A stretch of 64,000 nucleotides of DNA, from the IMG/VR virus record IMGVR_UViG_3300036971_000130. One strand, 5' to 3'. A program made the translations under genes and the position numbers. The DNA comes from a virus. Its lineage: Duplodnaviria > Caudoviricetes. Below the pieces are notes generated by a model that saw only the letters and a program-made list of their open reading frames with translations, was not told where the DNA came from and did not search any database. Below are positions 58,345 through 64,000 of the stretch, piece after piece. Within the stretch, counting starts at the first letter, position 1. Each line of letters begins with the position of its first letter.

Positions 58345-58724
58345 GCTTCTGGCGTCGCTTCTGGTCGATCGTGGACCCGGTCGGAGAACGAAACCGGGAG
58401 TTCGACAACATGATGAGCGGCACCGCCAAGCTCGGAGGGGCTCGGCCGGAGAGGGTCGACTACTCGTTGATCCTCGCACCGCTGTCGACTGAGGAACTCG
58501 CCTCCTGGAAGCTTCATCGCTCTGGTGTGATCCGAGCGTCGGTGATGGTCGTCGAGCCGTGGAAGTTCTCCGCAGATTCCGTCCCGTCCCTGATCGCTCT
58601 CGAACCGTGGAGAGTCGAGATTGTGGAGGTCAAGCCGTTCATTCAGGCCCCTGGGAACGAAGGCCAGTTGTTCCACGTCCACTTCCGGTTCCATCTCGAC
58701 CCACAACCCATGCTGGGGCCATGA
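58341..58724 (+). CDS. hypothetical protein
   Basis: ATGA coupling. Confidence 0.6.
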   Translation: MSFWRRFWSIVDPVGERNREFDNMMSGTAKLGGARPERVDYSLILAPLSTEELASWKLHRSGVIRASVMVVEPWKFSADSVPSLIALEPWRVEIVEVKPFIQAPGNEGQLFHVHFRFHLDPQPMLGP

Positions 58725-59167
58725 CCACCTCAGCATCCATCCTGAAGGCCGACGGCTCGATCGTCGAACTCGACTTCTACAGCCAGACTGACGCTGTCAC
58801 CGGTGATGTCGTCGTCTCCTGCCGAGGTCTCTACGCTCGGCTTCTCACCGAAGGAGATCCGGCGGAGACCGACTCCGTGCGACTCGCTGTCGATCTCGTG
58901 GACGATGTCCTGACGAACGGTGCCGAGGTCCCGATCATCGACTACTTCGACCAGGAGCACCTCACGGTGAACGACTGGCCGACGATCCGAGGTGACCTGC
59001 TCGACGGTTACCTCGGGACCTTCGCTGACACGGCGGAGGCTGCTCGATCCATCTGCCCACTCGACGGCGAGTTCATCGACTACGAGAAGGTGTGGGAGAG
59101 TGTGTCGTCCGAACACATCGTCGTCGATGCCGACGGACGAATCCATGTCTTCTGTTATCAGAGTTGA
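58721..59167 (+). CDS. acidic protein with ArdA-like C-terminus
   Basis: YLGTF.D..EAA...FIDYEK...HVF. Confidence 0.55.
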   Translation: MTTSASILKADGSIVELDFYSQTDAVTGDVVVSCRGLYARLLTEGDPAETDSVRLAVDLVDDVLTNGAEVPIIDYFDQEHLTVNDWPTIRGDLLDGYLGTFADTAEAARSICPLDGEFIDYEKVWESVSSEHIVVDADGRIHVFCYQS

Positions 59168-59182
59168 GGTAGACTTCCCGGC

Positions 59183-59583
59183 ACGAAGAAGATCGCTCTC
59201 GCCATCATTGCCGTGTGCATCGCCTTCGGTGCCGCTGCCTGCAAGCCGTGGCCGTACTCGAACACGGCCACGCCGAACCAGTTCCAGTTGGAGAAGCACG
59301 TCCTCGAAGATCGGTTTGCGAACCACTGGGTCGACACCAAGGGCAAGGTGACCCGCAAGGTCACGTCCCAGCAGTCGAACACCGGCGGCTACGAGAAGCG
59401 GTACAAGGGGTACTGCACGGACTCCCGTGGTGTCCGCACCTATACTTCCAGTCGGACTACAACCTCGGCAGCAAGAAGACGAACGAGCTTTGGTTCGGGA
59501 AGACCCCGAGCAAGATGCTGTTCTACTCCCTCTACGGCAACGCCAACACCAATAGCTGGCAGCGGACCTGGACGCTCGTCTGA
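59183..59583 (+). pseudogene. lipoprotein gene with ACG start and one frameshift (~59443)
   Basis: TAGACT + 7 nt + ACG-KKIALAIIAVCIAFGAAAC signal peptide. Confidence 0.55.
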
Positions 59584-59661
59584 CCTGGCTTTGACATCTC
59601 CCTGCTGACCATCCATGTTTATGGTCAGCAGGTGAAAGTCGCCTGAAGCAAGGAGACCGAG

Positions 59662-60351
59662 ATGTCGAAGTACGAGTGGGAGCGTGGCAGCATCAAGCTG
59701 TCCACCGTCGAGTGGACCAAGTTCCGCAAGGAGATGGAGCGGTACGCTCATCGTGCCTACGTGGAAGCGTTCGAGATGACCCAGAAGGTCTGGAAGGGCC
59801 TGAAGGCGTCCGACAAGGCCAAGGGCGATCTCAGGATCACCGACCACGTCAAGCGCCCCGTCTTCGGACGCTACAGTTCGGATGGCGAGGCGTTCTACGA
59901 CTGGGTCGTGGACCTCGCTGAGTTGATGTTCTGGCAGGCGAAGGTGAACGGCAAGTTGGCCCGCCCGCAGAAGACGAAAGTCGACTTCCCGACAAACAAG
60001 ACGACCTGCTTCATCCACGATGACGCATCCATCTCCTTCGATCGTACATCCAAGACCGTGACTTGGGACGTGGGCGAGAACAATCACGCCTGCGAGCGTG
60101 CTAGGGAGTCGGCTCTCGGCTCGAAGTTCTTCGGCCTGCTCAACAAGATCGTGTGGAGCCGTGGCACCGGTGGTGTCATCGTCGGCAACGACGAGTACAC
60201 CCGAGAAGCCGACTACGCCGGTGGCGGTGGCAACTACGTGGTCGCCGCCTACGGCCCGATCGGGGAGCGGTTGTACCCGCACCAGTTCGTGCCCTTCGTG
60301 GACACGTCCGGCAAGCAGCATGGCAAGCAGCATGGCACGCCGTGGCCGTGA
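59662..60351 (+). CDS. hypothetical protein
   Basis: TTGACA-N17-CATGTT promoter, RBS aaggag. Confidence 0.78.
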   Translation: MSKYEWERGSIKLSTVEWTKFRKEMERYAHRAYVEAFEMTQKVWKGLKASDKAKGDLRITDHVKRPVFGRYSSDGEAFYDWVVDLAELMFWQAKVNGKLARPQKTKVDFPTNKTTCFIHDDASISFDRTSKTVTWDVGENNHACERARESALGSKFFGLLNKIVWSRGTGGVIVGNDEYTREADYAGGGGNYVVAAYGPIGERLYPHQFVPFVDTSGKQHGKQHGTPWP

Positions 60352-60472
60352 CCGACCGCATGGCACGCCGTACAAGCGATACGGCTACGGGATGTCGTCC
60401 TTCACCTGGTGATCAGAAGGTCCTGGACTCCGGTCTGGGGCCTTCGCCATCGGTGGCTGGTATGATTGCGGC

Positions 60473-60919
60473 ATGAAGAAGATCGCTCTCCTGCTCGTCG
60501 CTGTCGTGTCCATCGGCGTCCTCGCCGGTTGTCGGCAGACCCGTATCCCCTACGACGACACGCTCGTCACCAAGTCCATGAACTCGATCGCTCAGAGCGT
60601 CGGAGCCGGGAAGTGGTCCTGCGACTTCAAGAGCGAGAAGACCATCGGTGAGGACGGGGCACAGGTCGACATCAACTACCAGTGCAAGTCCCCGAGCGTC
60701 GCTGGTGCGAACTCCGTGAAGGCCACGTTCTACGAGAAGACCCTGAGTGGGCTGACGAAGGACAACAAGAGCTTCTCCTACAACGGCCGGGCAGGGATCA
60801 TCGTGTCGAAGAAGGTCGGCAACAAGACCCGTCACTGGATCGGGGACTGCTTCTACAAGATGTCCCCGAAGGGCCAGACCTGGACGCAGGTCTACTGCAC
60901 CCCGCTGGTGGTGCAGTAG
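60473..60919 (+). CDS. putative lipoprotein
   Basis: LAGC lipobox; TATGAT 6 nt upstream. Confidence 0.78.
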   Translation: MKKIALLLVAVVSIGVLAGCRQTRIPYDDTLVTKSMNSIAQSVGAGKWSCDFKSEKTIGEDGAQVDINYQCKSPSVAGANSVKATFYEKTLSGLTKDNKSFSYNGRAGIIVSKKVGNKTRHWIGDCFYKMSPKGQTWTQVYCTPLVVQ

Positions 60920-60964
60920 ACCTACTGATTGGACAGACCGTGGCCGACCACCCATGATGGTGGC

Positions 60965-61564
60965 ATGGACCTCACCGGCTTCGTCAACGTCAACGACCTG
61001 ATCTCCGTCACCAAGTCCACCGGTGGATGCGGAGCCAAGCCTCACGGTCACATCTTCGACTCACGGATGAGCGATGCCGATTTGGCGGCTCACACGGACG
61101 AGGATGGCGTCCTGACCTTCGCCTGCATGGTACCGGTCGACGGAGATCCCATCGTCTTCGATGTCGCCAACGAGGTCCGTCGGATCAGCGGCAACTCGGG
61201 GACGTACACATCTCGGGTCGTCGGTCACTTCGGTTCGGAGTACCAGATCATCCTGGCTCAGTTCGGCGGGGTCGACTTCCGACCGGTCATCTTCGAGGAT
61301 GTCGTTCTGGCGCAGATGGGGTACGACCAGGGGATTCGGAGGGGCCTTGCTCTGACCCGGAAGCCGATGACGAAGAAGGAGATCGAGGAACGGACCGAGA
61401 ACGGCCGGACCGTCTTCTACTTCTCGTCCGACCCGGAGCCGCTCGGCACCCTGACGATGCTCTGCTGGGAACTCGTCAGGGGAGAGCCTATGCATCTCCA
61501 CGTCGTCCCTGTCGGAGTGCTCAACGAGCAGATCGTGTACCGGGCCTCCTGCGAGATCCGGTGA
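60965..61564 (+). CDS. hypothetical protein with two PxTxxE-family domains
   Basis: Leaderless; KPMTKKEI...PVGV..EQIVY. Confidence 0.68.
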   Translation: MDLTGFVNVNDLISVTKSTGGCGAKPHGHIFDSRMSDADLAAHTDEDGVLTFACMVPVDGDPIVFDVANEVRRISGNSGTYTSRVVGHFGSEYQIILAQFGGVDFRPVIFEDVVLAQMGYDQGIRRGLALTRKPMTKKEIEERTENGRTVFYFSSDPEPLGTLTMLCWELVRGEPMHLHVVPVGVLNEQIVYRASCEIR

Positions 61565-62358
61565 TCCGCACCTGCGAGTGCTGCGGCGACACCCACGAGG
61601 ATGTGGGTGAGTTCGACGGCATGATGCTCTGCTTCCTCTGTCAGCCGTGCGTCGAGTGCGGTGAGACCGGAGGCGACTGCGATCCGTACGGTGTGGGCGG
61701 GGGCGGCATCTGCTACCGAGGCAGCCCCAGGACCACCGTGGACCGAATCCTCGCCGCCGCCGGAGTCGACCGGATCATCGCCACCTTGGTGTCCGAGAGT
61801 GTCGTTCGGCGCATGGGGAGAAACAACCTCCCGTACCACAACATCTGGCACATCATCGACGTGCTGAACGAGGCGCTTCGTCTCTTGCCGTTCGAGCCGG
61901 AAGCGAACCAGATCGCTGTTCTGCTCGCCGCCGCCTACCATGACGTTGTCTATGACATCGACCTTCGGCACGGGGCCAACGAAGAAGCGAGCGCCGTTGT
62001 GGCTGTGGCCGAGTTGTCGGCGCTGAACAGCGGTCTGGTGGCCGAGGTCGGTCGGTTGATCCGGCTGACCGATGACCACAACATCGACCCTGCCGATCGT
62101 TCGGGTGCGGTCCTCGTCGATGCCGACCTCGGCATCCTTGCCGCCGATCCGACGGTCTACGCCGACTACACCGTGCGAGTGCGAGGCGACTACCGGAAGT
62201 TCAGCGACGAACAGTGGAAGGCCGGACGACCGGTGGTGCTCAGGAAGTTCCTCGACAACCTGGGCAGCTACTTCCTCGCTGGCCCCACCGAGGATCGACT
62301 GTTCCGTCGAGCTTCGGCCAGACGGAACATCGACTTCGAGTTGGTCAACTTCGACTGA
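61561..62358 (+). CDS. HD-superfamily phosphohydrolase with N-terminal Cys-rich region
   Basis: YHN..H, AAAYHDVVYD, NEEASA, DADLGIL. Confidence 0.85.
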   Translation: MIRTCECCGDTHEDVGEFDGMMLCFLCQPCVECGETGGDCDPYGVGGGGICYRGSPRTTVDRILAAAGVDRIIATLVSESVVRRMGRNNLPYHNIWHIIDVLNEALRLLPFEPEANQIAVLLAAAYHDVVYDIDLRHGANEEASAVVAVAELSALNSGLVAEVGRLIRLTDDHNIDPADRSGAVLVDADLGILAADPTVYADYTVRVRGDYRKFSDEQWKAGRPVVLRKFLDNLGSYFLAGPTEDRLFRRASARRNIDFELVNFD

Positions 62359-62376
62359 CCCACCCATGATGGTCGC

Positions 62377-62685
62377 ATGCAGATCCAAGACATCATCTCC
62401 GCCACCGAAGCCCACGAGAGCGGTCCTCGTCCTCGCAACGTCATGGTCCACACCCCGATGACCCGAGAAGAACTGGAAGCTCGGGTCACCAACCGTTCGG
62501 ACCAGACCGAGACCGAGGTCCAGTTCGTCATCCTCATCGACCCGTTCGACTACGACAGCGAGTCGATGTGGGACCACCTCAGCGACCTGGCTGGCACGAT
62601 CGTGAGCGCCTGGCATCTGACCCCGATCGGGGTCTACCAGGAGAACGTCGTCTACCTCGTCGACTGTGTCGTCGACCTGGACTGA
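62377..62685 (+). CDS. hypothetical protein (PxTxxE family)
   Basis: TPMTREEL...PIGV..ENVVY. Confidence 0.68.
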   Translation: MQIQDIISATEAHESGPRPRNVMVHTPMTREELEARVTNRSDQTETEVQFVILIDPFDYDSESMWDHLSDLAGTIVSAWHLTPIGVYQENVVYLVDCVVDLD

Positions 62686-62725
62686 AAACCTGGTTGACCT
62701 GGTCTTTCTCGGGTATCATCCCCGC

Positions 62726-63283
62726 ATGGAACAGACCACGACCGTCATCCCTCTGGGCGTCTTCGACCCGGACAAGAGGACCGTCATCTACCTCGATGTC
62801 GATGGCGTCCTCAACTCTTTCCAGTCGCCGGAGGTGCTGAAGAAGCACTGGCCGGACTTCGAGGTCGTCTCCAAGGAGTCGCCGGAGAGGTTCGTGTCGA
62901 TCTCGATGGTCCTGTCCCGTCGACTCGGGACAGCGATCCGGGCGTACGCCGAGACGATCGGAGCCGAGATCGTCTGGGCGACCTCGCACGGTTCCTACGT
63001 CGACATGTTCGATCAGGAGTCGGGTATGACCTCCCACATGCGCTCGATCGAGTGCTACGGCGAGGAAGTCGAACCCGGTCTGATCTGGAAGATGGGACCG
63101 GTGTCCGAGGACTTCGATGACCGGAACGTCATCTGGGTGGACGATGAACTCACCGAGGAAGACGCCGTCTACCTCACCCGTCAAGGTATCAGCGGCTTCC
63201 TGGTCATCCCTGACCCGTTCAACGGGATCACGAACGGTGACCTTGAAACGCTTGACGTGGTCACGGTCACGCCCCATGATTGA
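62726..63283 (+). CDS. HAD-domain phosphatase (paralogue of 19495)
   Basis: YLDVDGVLN, IVWATS, K, WVDD. Confidence 0.8.
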   Translation: MEQTTTVIPLGVFDPDKRTVIYLDVDGVLNSFQSPEVLKKHWPDFEVVSKESPERFVSISMVLSRRLGTAIRAYAETIGAEIVWATSHGSYVDMFDQESGMTSHMRSIECYGEEVEPGLIWKMGPVSEDFDDRNVIWVDDELTEEDAVYLTRQGISGFLVIPDPFNGITNGDLETLDVVTVTPHD

Positions 63284-63364
63284 GGTCTGGCGGAACACCT
63301 GACCTGTCGTGCATCAACCGACAGGTTGGACATCCCCTACCTCCCGACCCATGATCTGAGCACT

Positions 63365-63985
63365 ATGACCATGCAACGAGTCGAGGCGCTGAAGCTCCCC
63401 GACGATCCCGACACCATCATCGAGAACCTCCTGAAGAAGCTCGGCATCGCCATGCTCCCCCAGAAGGTGAACGCTCTCGAACTCCTGGACCTGCTCGGCG
63501 GTTCGGTCAAGCTGACCTCCGACCCAGCCCCGTACGACATCCACGTCTCAGCCCCCGGCAAGTTCGTCGCCCAGGTGGAGAAGAAGCGCACGGCCATGTG
63601 GGTGACCGCTCAGAACCGAGCGTGGATCGCTCGTGCCATCGTTCGGTACCTGCTCGGCTACGGCTGGGTCGGCGGCACCGGTGACCGGTACCTCCTGACC
63701 GTCGAGTCCGATGCAGCGGAGCGGCAGATCAACGCTCTCGTCGCCGCTCTCCTGATCCCGAACGACCTGTTTAAGATCGCCCACAAGAAGCTGAACCCGA
63801 AGGACGAGAAGGGCAACTACCTCGACGACCTCTGGGACCCCATCATCTTCGGCCCTGACGGCGAGTCCGATCGCTTCGACAAGCAGATCCGACGTGAGAG
63901 CAACGTGAAGGAGTTCGCCAAGATGTTCGATGTCCCGGCGAAGTACGTCGAGGCTCGCCTCTTGCTCAACGGGTTGCGCTTCTAG
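63365..63985 (+). CDS. degenerate ImmA/IrrE-like metallopeptidase-fold protein
   Basis: R..IA......L, ERQIN...AALLIP, A.MFDV.....RL; HEXXH absent. Confidence 0.55.
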   Translation: MTMQRVEALKLPDDPDTIIENLLKKLGIAMLPQKVNALELLDLLGGSVKLTSDPAPYDIHVSAPGKFVAQVEKKRTAMWVTAQNRAWIARAIVRYLLGYGWVGGTGDRYLLTVESDAAERQINALVAALLIPNDLFKIAHKKLNPKDEKGNYLDDLWDPIIFGPDGESDRFDKQIRRESNVKEFAKMFDVPAKYVEARLLLNGLRF

Positions 63986-64000
63986 TCGTCGACCTGGTAG

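Overview
High-GC, gene-dense segment of what is most likely a large (jumbo-type) phage, or a similar extrachromosomal element, of an actinobacterium. No virion or host core genes are visible, so phage versus megaplasmid is not settled. Most of the window is short hypothetical genes, many behind a recurring promoter (TGGACA/TTGACA-N17-CATGAT-like box, 6-7 nt before the ATG, i.e. leaderless). Recognisable proteins include a truncated class I release factor, MmcB-like, PLD, NERD, Cas4/RecB-like and secreted HNH nucleases, a RelA/SpoT-type HD hydrolase, a WGR-PARP, SLOG, two HAD proteins, dCMP deaminase, FtsK, Ro60 and ArdA-like proteins. There is a DnaA-box/repeat region (candidate origin, 17.0-17.6 kb) and a type I-C cas3-cas5-cas8c-cas7 operon without cas1/cas2, followed by a leader and a degenerate short-spacer mini-array. 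An RNA island (45-53.6 kb, plus 57.5 kb) holds about 38 tRNA or tRNA-like genes, an RNase P RNA, a ~600-nt ROOL-like RNA and two Y-RNA-like hairpins. The most striking unexplained element precedes the tRNA array: a 40-codon leader ORF overlapping an antiterminator/terminator pair. It uses 18 amino acids and lacks only Leu and Tyr, the two amino acids for which I found no tRNA in the window, suggesting an attenuator that senses tRNA depletion. Several single-base indels suggest some consensus errors in this sequence.
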